Below, one piece after another: positions 18,310 through 25,994 of a stretch of 37,221 nucleotides of DNA (positions are counted from its first letter, which is position 1; every line of letters starts with the position of its first letter). A model generated the notes under the pieces. That model was not told the origin of the DNA. It was given only the letters and a program-made list of their open reading frames with translations, and searched no databases. Source of the stretch: a virus; IMG/VR virus record IMGVR_UViG_3300029305_011681, one strand, 5' to 3'. The translations under genes and the position numbers were made by a program.

Positions 18310-18326
18310 TGACGATTAAATCGTCA
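18310..18326. promoter_or_regulatory. candidate repressor operator (perfect 17-bp palindrome)
   Basis: TGACGATTAAATCGTCA; identical to the 35148-35164 site on the opposite strand, 6 bp upstream of the tRNA 5' end. Confidence 0.65.
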
Positions 18327-18335
18327 TAAGAAAAC

Positions 18336-18370
18336 AAAAAAAAATATAGCCTCCAAACCTCATTTGGCTA
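18336..18370 (-). terminator. Rho-independent terminator-like hairpin upstream of tRNA
   Basis: Minus strand TAGCC AAATGAGGTTTGGA GGCTA followed by TATTTTTTTTT. Confidence 0.55.
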
Positions 18371-18500
18371 CGTTCTCGCCCCATTATTGCGTACATAGTA
18401 CATTTGATTATTACGTTTTTTAAGAATATCTTTATATCTATACTAGATTAGAGGGGAATATAAGAATAAAAAGGACAAACGGCGAGATTTCCAACATCAA

Positions 18501-18526
18501 AAAAGACGCTTTATTCAGCGTCTTTT
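18501..18526 (-). terminator. Rho-independent terminator at the end of the 61-aa gene
   Basis: Minus strand AAGACGCT-GAATAA-AGCGTCTT followed by TTTT; overlaps the stop codon of ORF 18511..18696. Confidence 0.75.
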
Positions 18527-18696
18527 ATATCTTCTATATTAACATCATATTCTATATCATTATCGTTATAATACTCATTATAGCTATCAATAGCTTCTTG
18601 AGGAGCTTTGTCAGTTAATTTATACTTAAATGTTTTAACATCATAGTAATACCACTCCTCATTTATCATAAAATAAGGTTTATTAACTTTTAACAT
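18511..18696 (-). CDS. hypothetical protein (61 aa)
   Basis: ORF with RBS, acidic, directly after MuF-like gene. Confidence 0.6.
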   Translation of the reverse strand: MLKVNKPYFMINEEWYYYDVKTFKYKLTDKAPQEAIDSYNEYYNDNDIEYDVNIEDIKDAE

Positions 18697-18697
18697 A

Positions 18698-20392
18698 TTA
18701 CATCACTCCTTTTAGGTATTCTTTCATAGCTTTACCTAACTCATTAGGTTTACCACTTTCCATATTAGCGAAACACTCAGCGAAAAACTCTTGACTACTT
18801 TTTTTACCGTAGTTAGATAAATTAGCGTTTAAATCAAAGTTTTTGTTATTCTTAATTGCTATATCGTATATATCTTGAGCTATTTTATCACATATACTAC
18901 TTTCATAATCTTTAATAGTTTTCTTAAGATCATAAGTACTACTAGCATTTTTTATTTTAGTTTTATATGCTTTAAACTCACTAGGGTTATTTATATTATA
19001 CTCATTTATTAAACAATTTTCAACTAAATGACCGAACTCGTGATTTAAAGCGTATTTATCAATATTATTATCGCTACACGGCATACTGTGGTTAGTATTG
19101 ATACAACGTTTTATCGTGTTAGTATATTTAACATCACTACCATAATAATTATTAGATAAGTTAATAGCTAAACGTTTCATATCCCAGCTATGAGATGTAA
19201 CAGCTATAGCATTGGTATTTCTACCACCAAAGGTTAAACCGTTGTTTTCAACAAACTTAGCAACTTTTGGATACTTATTTAATAAATTACCTAGTTGTTT
19301 AGTATTTGTTTCTACTAATTTTTTATCTAAACCACTCAACGTATTATTGTTTATAGTAACATTATGAGCTGTTTTTACAGTATTATTCTTAACACTTGCG
19401 ATATTATGTTTTTTTAACCAGTCTTTATATGAGATATTATCTATTATCTCAGTTTGACCGGTTATAGGGTTTCTAGCTCTACGTTTTAGTCTTTTTTCTC
19501 CCTCTTCTCCTAAGTATCCACGTGTTTTACTACGACAATTAGGATGTAGTGGAGGAAAATTAACACCAGTTTCTTTATCTTTATAATCATACACTTTACC
19601 GTCGTGGTTTTGGCAAGTTTCACTTGTACGACTATCTAGTGTAGCTACAAAAACGTATTTATTGATACCCATTTCTTCATAAGCCATAGCGTCAGCTTCA
19701 TTATTAAAGTGGTTTGTTTCAGTTCTTACTAAACGTTCGGCATAATACTTACTAACACCAAACCTATCTCGTATTTGTTTGGTAGTTTTTTCTATATTTT
19801 GACCGCTTAACATAGCTCCACCGACAATTTGACTTAAACTATCAGCTAATATATCAGTATTACCCCATATACGTTGGCTATAATTAGCACCGCTCCAGTT
19901 TTCACTTAATAAAGCATTAGTCATATTTTTATCTATCTTACTAAAAGCAAAATCATAACCAGTACCCATTTGTGTATCGTAAACAGCTTTATAGTAACTG
20001 TTATTTATCACACCTTTATAGCACATAGTTTGTTCTAGCTCTTCTTTGGGATAGATTTCTTTAGCCTTAGCATATATTTGAGCTTGTATTTGCTCTAACC
20101 TAGAAATACGAGCTTTATAATTATTCTTAACATATTTATCTAAACCTTGACGTTTTAATGTTTTCCACACTTTATCAGTTTCTTTTTTACTGAGTAAAGT
20201 TTTTAAACTTTGTATATCTAGTCCAGTTTCTTTAGAGTAGTTAATATAAACTCGTTTTATTTCTTCGTCTATATCTTTATATGCTTGATCGTATATTTTC
20301 TTGATACGTTCAATATACTCACTACTTGTTTTTTCAGCTTCACTCAAACGAGCTATAGCTCTATTATCCCAATAACTAGAAGATTTAGCCAT
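18698..20392 (-). CDS. SPP1 gp7/MuF-like minor head protein fused to a C-terminal zincin-like metallopeptidase domain
   Basis: GGAMLSGQNIEKTTKQIRDRFGVSKYYAERLVRTETNHFNNEADAMAYEEMG...CQNHDGKVYDYK...PPLHPNCRSKTRGYLG (MuF-type); C-terminal HEFGHLVENC and SSQEFFAECFANM. Confidence 0.85.
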   Translation of the reverse strand: MAKSSSYWDNRAIARLSEAEKTSSEYIERIKKIYDQAYKDIDEEIKRVYINYSKETGLDIQSLKTLLSKKETDKVWKTLKRQGLDKYVKNNYKARISRLEQIQAQIYAKAKEIYPKEELEQTMCYKGVINNSYYKAVYDTQMGTGYDFAFSKIDKNMTNALLSENWSGANYSQRIWGNTDILADSLSQIVGGAMLSGQNIEKTTKQIRDRFGVSKYYAERLVRTETNHFNNEADAMAYEEMGINKYVFVATLDSRTSETCQNHDGKVYDYKDKETGVNFPPLHPNCRSKTRGYLGEEGEKRLKRRARNPITGQTEIIDNISYKDWLKKHNIASVKNNTVKTAHNVTINNNTLSGLDKKLVETNTKQLGNLLNKYPKVAKFVENNGLTFGGRNTNAIAVTSHSWDMKRLAINLSNNYYGSDVKYTNTIKRCINTNHSMPCSDNNIDKYALNHEFGHLVENCLINEYNINNPSEFKAYKTKIKNASSTYDLKKTIKDYESSICDKIAQDIYDIAIKNNKNFDLNANLSNYGKKSSQEFFAECFANMESGKPNELGKAMKEYLKGVM

Positions 20393-20405
20393 AGACTAAC
20401 ACCTC

Positions 20406-21812
20406 CTAGCTTACTATAGGATCATCCACAATAGCTTTAATATCTCTACTGTTTTTTTCAGTATTTTCTTGAGGTTGCCCCTCATTATTAGCGTCTCCTA
20501 TTTGGTTATTTTCAAACGCTAAGTCATAAGGGTTTTTGGGTTTTGTTTCGTCCTCTTTTTTCTTTAGTTCTACAATTTCGCTAGCGTCTTTAATAAAAGA
20601 TAATTGGGATATTAAAGTCTCGGTATCAACATAATCAGCTAAATTATTTATCATTTGTGATATTTCAAAATCATTACTTGGTAGATTACGTTTAAATACA
20701 GCGTCTACCTCTTCAATAGGTACCTCACTCATTTTAGATTTAGTAGTTAGGAAATTATTATATAGTTTAAATCTTTCCATTAAACCTTTTTCCATATAAC
20801 GTTCTTTATTTTTAATATTTTGCTCGAACGCTAATAACTTATATCTAATAGCTACTCCACTAGAATTACCTACAAAGTTTTCGTCGCTCATATTAGGTAC
20901 CATACTTATTTTATGTATATCGTTTTCTATATTTTGTCTTAATATATCAACATCTCCCTCTTGGAGTGTCTTGATTAAATACTCAGCTCTTGCGTCAGCT
21001 GGTATATTAGCTAACATACGACTTGTTTTTAACATTTCAGCTTGTTCGTCGTCAAAGTCCATACCATACATACACAAAATAGCGTCTACTAATTGTTCTT
21101 TATCGTTAATACGATCGCTTTGTAGTAAGTTATATGCGTCTATCAAACTAATTACTGGCTCAAAGTCTCCTAAAAGCTCGGGGTTATTCTTATAACAAAT
21201 AAAAGGTACATCCCCAAAAGCGTGAGGCTCACTTTTTCCTACTTGATGTAGGCTCTTACTATATGATTTATATACACGTTTTTCTTTTTTATCAGCATAT
21301 ATAATCTCATAATATTTTAAAGTTTCTCCCTCATAAACAGCTCTATAGTTTAAACCAAATAGTTTATTATGTTCTACTGTATCGTCATAAACAATAATGG
21401 TATTTTTATTATCTACCTCACAACTACGAGGCTCAGCGTTTTCATTAGCGTATACATATTCATACTGTAAACCAAAAATAGACACATCTTTAGCAATTTC
21501 ACTATCTAAGTCATTGATAGTTTGCTTTTTGTATGCGTCCATTATTGCCTCAATATTATAATCTTTATTAGCTTGATAATCTACTGGGTTACCAAGTAAG
21601 TATCCAACGTTAGTATCAGTAATATATTTAGCGTGATTTATCAGTACTTTATTATTACTTAATCTTTCGTCTTTATCACGACTTAATATATCGTGTTTAC
21701 CTAGATAATAGTTTTCTAGTTTTTTAAATCTATCTTTATATTTTTCATTATAAGCTATAACATCATTAAGTACTTGATTAGTTATTTTAGTATTTTTTGA
21801 TAAAGTATACAT
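20406..21812 (-). CDS. portal protein (SPP1-type)
   Basis: 468 aa; LLGNPVDYQAN, SLIDAYNLLQSDRINDKEQLVDAILCMYG, GVAIRYKLLAFEQN. Confidence 0.9.
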   Translation of the reverse strand: MYTLSKNTKITNQVLNDVIAYNEKYKDRFKKLENYYLGKHDILSRDKDERLSNNKVLINHAKYITDTNVGYLLGNPVDYQANKDYNIEAIMDAYKKQTINDLDSEIAKDVSIFGLQYEYVYANENAEPRSCEVDNKNTIIVYDDTVEHNKLFGLNYRAVYEGETLKYYEIIYADKKEKRVYKSYSKSLHQVGKSEPHAFGDVPFICYKNNPELLGDFEPVISLIDAYNLLQSDRINDKEQLVDAILCMYGMDFDDEQAEMLKTSRMLANIPADARAEYLIKTLQEGDVDILRQNIENDIHKISMVPNMSDENFVGNSSGVAIRYKLLAFEQNIKNKERYMEKGLMERFKLYNNFLTTKSKMSEVPIEEVDAVFKRNLPSNDFEISQMINNLADYVDTETLISQLSFIKDASEIVELKKKEDETKPKNPYDLAFENNQIGDANNEGQPQENTEKNSRDIKAIVDDPIVS

Positions 21813-21826
21813 CCTTGCACCTCCTT

Positions 21827-23053
21827 TTATAAGCCAACTGGTTTAACATAAACCTTAGGCGTCTTTGTTCCTTTGATGTATTTATTTAGACCATATCTAA
21901 TAGCGTCTATAGTATGATTAAAAGTATCAACTGGCTCGTTAATATATTCTCCAGTCTTTTTATCTTTCTTCCACGTATAGTTTTCTAGTTCTTCAATTAC
22001 TTTATAACAGCGTTCGTCAACTATTAACTCATACTGTTGGATCCATTGGATACCGTGTATAATTGAGCCTTTACCTTTTTCAGTTGGCTCTATATTGATA
22101 CCTTTATCTTTTATTTCGTCTATACTCTTACGCTCAGCACAGTCTCCATAAGATTTATCTTTAGATAGCCCTAAATCTATCATAGTCTCAGCTATCTCGT
22201 CATTTTTCATACCTTTACGGACATATTCCCCAGTTATATATATTTTCTTTTTATCAGTATTGATATATCCCCATACTAAAGCTGACGGGTCATTGATATA
22301 ACCAAAGTCTAGTCCTATCCAACGTTTTAGTCCTTTTATATCGTCCTCACTAACTATTTTAGTGGTATATGTACCAAAGACTAACTTATCTAAAGTAGCG
22401 AACTCTCCTAAAGTATAAATACGATAGTAGGCTGGGTTACGATATTGTAATCGCTCTAGCTCGTCCGTATATTCCTTAGATAAAAACTTATTATCCTTAT
22501 ATGTGGTTTTAATTATTTTCGTATTTAAAGGTATTTCCCCAGTAAAGAAATAATTATATACCCAATTCTTTTTACTAATAGGGTTAAACATTAAAAAGAT
22601 TTGTGGAAAATCAACTAAAGCTCTAAGACGTAAGTTTAACTGTGTAAACTCGTCCTCAGTTAACTCAGTAGCTTCCTCAACCACTATATCCGTGATACCG
22701 TCAATAGACTTAATCTTTTCTTCGTCGTCTAAACCTTTAAATATGAAAATAGAGCCATTAGGTAGCTCTATCTCAAAATCACTCCTATTTATTCTACATT
22801 GATCGTAGTATCCACTATTACGTAAATGTGTTAACATTAACGACCAAATAGAGTGTTTTATAGTACGTTGTATTTTTCTTATTACCAATATCGTACGTTT
22901 ATATTTTAAAGCCTTGAGTAATACCTTTTGTGTAGCACCATAAGACTTACCACTACCAGCTCCACCCATATAAACCTCTATACGGTGGGAGTAGTCGTCT
23001 ATACCGTCATAAACCCAGTCATTAAATATATCTCGGTTTAGCTTTCTAGCCAC
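21827..23053 (-). CDS. terL: terminase large subunit
   Basis: GGAGSGKSYGATQKVLLKAL Walker A; IVVEEATEL Walker B; GLDFGYINDPSAL nuclease motif; NHTIDAIRYGL. Confidence 0.95.
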   Translation of the reverse strand: MARKLNRDIFNDWVYDGIDDYSHRIEVYMGGAGSGKSYGATQKVLLKALKYKRTILVIRKIQRTIKHSIWSLMLTHLRNSGYYDQCRINRSDFEIELPNGSIFIFKGLDDEEKIKSIDGITDIVVEEATELTEDEFTQLNLRLRALVDFPQIFLMFNPISKKNWVYNYFFTGEIPLNTKIIKTTYKDNKFLSKEYTDELERLQYRNPAYYRIYTLGEFATLDKLVFGTYTTKIVSEDDIKGLKRWIGLDFGYINDPSALVWGYINTDKKKIYITGEYVRKGMKNDEIAETMIDLGLSKDKSYGDCAERKSIDEIKDKGINIEPTEKGKGSIIHGIQWIQQYELIVDERCYKVIEELENYTWKKDKKTGEYINEPVDTFNHTIDAIRYGLNKYIKGTKTPKVYVKPVGL

Positions 23054-23058
23054 TTATA

Positions 23059-23463
23059 TTACTCCTCAATAAACCAGTCAGTATCAACAATTTTAACCTC
23101 TTTTTTCTCAATAAAGCCACCTTTAGCCTTAGCTAGTAGCTCACTTGCTTTGATACGGTCTTTTGTTTCTTCAAAATTATCTTGAAAAACATCAGTCCAA
23201 AACTTGAATATATCTTCAAGCTCAGCGATACCTTTATTATCTATTCTTTCGCTTATCTCAAGTCTACGAGCGTCTAAGAGTTCTTTGAATTTGATACTAT
23301 TTTGATAACCCATATTTTTAAGTGTAACATCACTACCAGTATATCCAGCGTTACGAGACGCTGTAGTATAATCGTCGCACTTAATATACTCGTCTATCCA
23401 CTTTTGTTGTTTAGGAGTTAGTTTATCGCCGGCTTTATAAACTTTTACGTTTTTTATAGACAT
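23059..23463 (-). CDS. terS: terminase small subunit
   Basis: LTPKQQKWIDEYIKCDDYTTASRNAGYTGSDVTLKNMGYQNSIKFKELL. Confidence 0.9.
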   Translation of the reverse strand: MSIKNVKVYKAGDKLTPKQQKWIDEYIKCDDYTTASRNAGYTGSDVTLKNMGYQNSIKFKELLDARRLEISERIDNKGIAELEDIFKFWTDVFQDNFEETKDRIKASELLAKAKGGFIEKKEVKIVDTDWFIEE

Positions 23464-23493
23464 ACCGTACCACCTCCTCGTTAATACTGTTTA

Positions 23494-23721
23494 TTATTTG
23501 TCAGTTTTTGCTGGTTTTGTTGCTGTTTTTGGCTGTTCTTTTACTACGATTTGATATTTAGTACCATATAAGGTAATAAAAAGTTTACCGTCTTTATTAG
23601 GCGTAACCTCAATAATATTTTTTTCCATAGTAACATCCTCCTTTATTAGTTCTTCTAAAAAGATGTTAAAACCAACCCATATAAATAAGAATATAAATAT
23701 AGTAGGTATAGCGATTAACAT
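23494..23721 (-). CDS. small membrane-anchored hypothetical protein (75 aa)
   Basis: N-terminal TM (IPTIFIFLFIWVGFNIFLEELI), RBS AAAGGAGGATGTT upstream. Confidence 0.55.
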   Translation of the reverse strand: MLIAIPTIFIFLFIWVGFNIFLEELIKEDVTMEKNIIEVTPNKDGKLFITLYGTKYQIVVKEQPKTATKPAKTDK

Positions 23722-23742
23722 AACATCCTCCTTTAAGGATAG

Positions 23743-23775
23743 AAAAAAAGGACGCTCCTATTGGAGTATCCTTTT
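23743..23775. terminator. terminator between early/regulator gene and late operon
   Basis: Minus strand AAAAGGAtaCTCC-AATA-GGAGcgTCCTTTTTTT. Confidence 0.7.
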
Positions 23776-23809
23776 ATGTATTTCTACATTTTACATATTA
23801 TCACTATTT

Positions 23810-24295
23810 TTACTGGATAATCACTGGATATTTTAATTTTTTTACGTATCTTTTAACTTTTTTATAATGTTTTTTCCATATTGTACTAACATCCACATCA
23901 TATTTATAAGCTATGTTATCCACAGCTTTAGTAACATTGATACCATTATAAACAATTTCGTAAAATAATTGATACTCTATACCAGTCATTTTAGATAGAC
24001 TTTCACTCATAGAGTTTAAATATCCTTGTAATTGTTCTACTATATTTTGTTGATAGGCTATTTCTCCCTCTATAGACATCCCAGTACCGACATCTATAAC
24101 ATTTATTTCGTGTAAATAATCAGCCATTTTATCGTTATTTTCTTCTCCACCGTCTACTACTATCTCTTTTAAGGTAGGAGTAAGAGGAAAATACTTACGA
24201 TATATAGTAGCTTTCTTATCCATTAGTAAGTTTAGCCTAGTTTTAGCCATATCTAACTCACATTTAGTATCAGTATAGCTTCGTATGGTAAACAT
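23810..24295 (-). CDS. putative late transcription regulator (sigma-region-4-like C-terminus)
   Basis: 161 aa; VTKAVDNIAYKYDVDVSTIWKKHYKKVKRYVKKL and position just before terminase. Confidence 0.6.
   Translation of the reverse strand: MFTIRSYTDTKCELDMAKTRLNLLMDKKATIYRKYFPLTPTLKEIVVDGGEENNDKMADYLHEINVIDVGTGMSIEGEIAYQQNIVEQLQGYLNSMSESLSKMTGIEYQLFYEIVYNGINVTKAVDNIAYKYDVDVSTIWKKHYKKVKRYVKKLKYPVIIQ
23812..23830. promoter_or_regulatory. tandem direct repeat ACTGGATA, 11-bp period; candidate activator site for late transcription
   Basis: ACTGGATA at 23812-23819 and 23823-23830. Confidence 0.4.
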
Positions 24296-24306
24296 ATATC
24301 TCCTCC

Positions 24307-24666
24307 TTATTCTTTATTATCGCCAAATAAAGCAACTTTCAAACTATCAGTAGCGTTTTTGATAGCGTCGTGCATAGCTCCAACTAAACCTCCATTATAA
24401 CTAATAACCTCATTAACTTTTAATAATTCTAAGTTTAACGTATCTACACAGTCTCCAGTTTTAGTAAAACTTAGTTCAGTAACTTTGTATGTTTCTCCGT
24501 TGTAAATAAACATCTTGGTATCTTCACTAGTAATAGCTTTTATTAGAGCTTCATTTTTTAATTTAGCGTCTAATAATTCCCACTCTAATTTATCTATTTG
24601 TTTATTAAGATCATAATTTTTATTTCTATATTCCTCATTTAGTATTTTATATTCTTTTTTAGTCAT
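24307..24666 (-). CDS. hypothetical protein (119 aa)
   Basis: ORF with coiled-coil N-terminus and RBS. Confidence 0.6.
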   Translation of the reverse strand: MTKKEYKILNEEYRNKNYDLNKQIDKLEWELLDAKLKNEALIKAITSEDTKMFIYNGETYKVTELSFTKTGDCVDTLNLELLKVNEVISYNGGLVGAMHDAIKNATDSLKVALFGDNKE

Positions 24667-24859
24667 TTATAGTTACCTCCTCAGCGATTTCTTCAACAGT
24701 TCCATTAGTAACATTAGCTATTTTTTCAGCTGTTTCTTTATCGTATCCTCTCATAAGTTCTTTTGATAAAGTTATCTCCCACGGTACAGCTTTATCCATA
24801 CGTCCACTACTACCAACAAAACCTTTAACGTAATATTCTCCAACTTTAACTACGTACAT
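24659..24859 (-). CDS. hypothetical phage protein (66 aa)
   Basis: ORF, overlaps the downstream gene slightly. Confidence 0.6.
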   Translation of the reverse strand: MYVVKVGEYYVKGFVGSSGRMDKAVPWEITLSKELMRGYDKETAEKIANVTNGTVEEIAEEVTIND

Positions 24860-24861
24860 TA

Positions 24862-25035
24862 TTAAGCCTCCTCAATAATTCTAATTTCTTTTATATCGAC
24901 CTCATAGTCTTTTATTATTTCTTTTAATTCCACAAAATCTTTAACTAGCATTGGTTTATACACATATAGTATTTTGGTTATCGTATTATAATGTAAGTCG
25001 TATTTTTTATATTTTTCTAGTATTAGCTCTATCAA
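24862..25035 (-). CDS. hypothetical protein (57 aa), TTG start, absent from the supplied track
   Basis: Minus strand GAGGAGATATTCG-TTG; MIELILEKYKKYDLHYNTITKILYVYKPMLVKDFVELKEIIKDYEVDIKEIRIIEEA*; stop 2 bp before next start; fills an otherwise noncoding gap. Confidence 0.6.
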   Translation of the reverse strand: MIELILEKYKKYDLHYNTITKILYVYKPMLVKDFVELKEIIKDYEVDIKEIRIIEEA

Positions 25036-25247
25036 ACGAATATCTCCTCACTTATACAATAACCTTTTTTAATAATATCCAGTATTTGTAGTTGTGTATA
25101 ACACTCTTTATATGCTTCTATACGTTTACCTTTTACGATTTTATAAACTTGGTATAAGCTAAATCTTGGATAATCTCTTATCTTTTCAAGTTCTAGCTCA
25201 ACAGTTACCCCTTGTATTGTTTTTCTTATCCTCATAATATCCTCCAA
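25032..25247 (-). CDS. hypothetical protein (71 aa)
   Basis: ORF MRIRKTIQGVTVELELEKIRDYPRFSLYQVYKIVKGKRIEAYKECYTQ. Confidence 0.6.
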   Translation of the reverse strand: MEDIMRIRKTIQGVTVELELEKIRDYPRFSLYQVYKIVKGKRIEAYKECYTQLQILDIIKKGYCISEEIFV

Positions 25248-25276
25248 CTTTATAATTTTTTATTCAACCAAACCCC

Positions 25277-25537
25277 TCAATTATAAAATCTTAAATACTC
25301 ATTTATAAAGTTTTCTATTTTATTAGAGTATAGATTATCTAACTTTAATCTCCATATAAAATTATTTATATCTTTGATACCGTTAGATATTTCCAAGTCC
25401 TCAATTTGATTATTAGCGTCCTCTAGTTGTTCTTCTAAGTCCTCGTACTCGCTTTTCCAATAATCAACATCATTTTCTAGTTGTTCTTTTTCCTCTTTTA
25501 ATTCTTCTATTCTTTCTTCTAATTCTTGTCTAGTCAT
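25277..25537 (-). CDS. coiled-coil hypothetical protein (86 aa)
   Basis: ORF MTRQELEERIEELKEEKEQLENDVDYWKSEYEDLEEQLEDANNQ. Confidence 0.6.
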   Translation of the reverse strand: MTRQELEERIEELKEEKEQLENDVDYWKSEYEDLEEQLEDANNQIEDLEISNGIKDINNFIWRLKLDNLYSNKIENFINEYLRFYN

Positions 25538-25710
25538 AAAGTTTTCCCCTTTGTCTTTTCCTTGATTTGTAAGTTAGGATCGTCTTTTAGACTAGGTATT
25601 CTATCCCATAACTCTTTTACTATCGAGTTATATTCAATTTCTAGTTTTTGTTGTTCTACTCTTATTTCATTTATCCTAGTAGCCAACTCTAATATAGTTT
25701 TGTCTTTCAT
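25534..25710 (-). CDS. hypothetical protein (58 aa), absent from the supplied track
   Basis: ATG at 25710 with GGAGG upstream; MKDKTILELATRINEIRVEQQKLEIEYNSIVKELWDRIPSLKDDPNLQIKEKTKGKTL*; ATGA overlap with next gene. Confidence 0.7.
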   Translation of the reverse strand: MKDKTILELATRINEIRVEQQKLEIEYNSIVKELWDRIPSLKDDPNLQIKEKTKGKTL

Positions 25711-25739
25711 AACCTACTTTCCTCCTTGTGTATCACTTA

Positions 25740-25994
25740 TGTAACACTTATGTAACAGTTAAGTGTTACATTTTTTTCCTTTATTTATAAGACTTAAAAT
25801 GATTTGTAACAGTGTAACACTTAATTTCGCTATTCTTTTATTTTTTTATTTATTTTATATTTTTTATTTTTTTTTATTTTTTAATAGAAATAAGTGTTAC
25901 AGTGTTACATTTTTAATTTGAGCCTTTATTTATAAGGGTTTTGAGTGTAACACTTACTCAAAAATAAGTGTTACAAAGTGTTACAAGTGTTACA
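25740..25994. repeat. iteron-like array of AAGTGTTACA (about 11 copies, both orientations) flanking a T/A-rich tract; candidate replication origin
   Basis: Copies at 25740-49, 25751-60(variant), 25761-70, 25805-14(variant), 25813-22, 25892-901, 25900-09, 25946-55, 25966-75, 25976-85, 25985-94; T-rich stretch about 25823-25885. Confidence 0.8.

Noticed and set aside
25740-25994. CRISPR array
   Set aside because: The 10-bp units occur in both orientations with irregular spacing and no spacer structure, so iterons are the better explanation.
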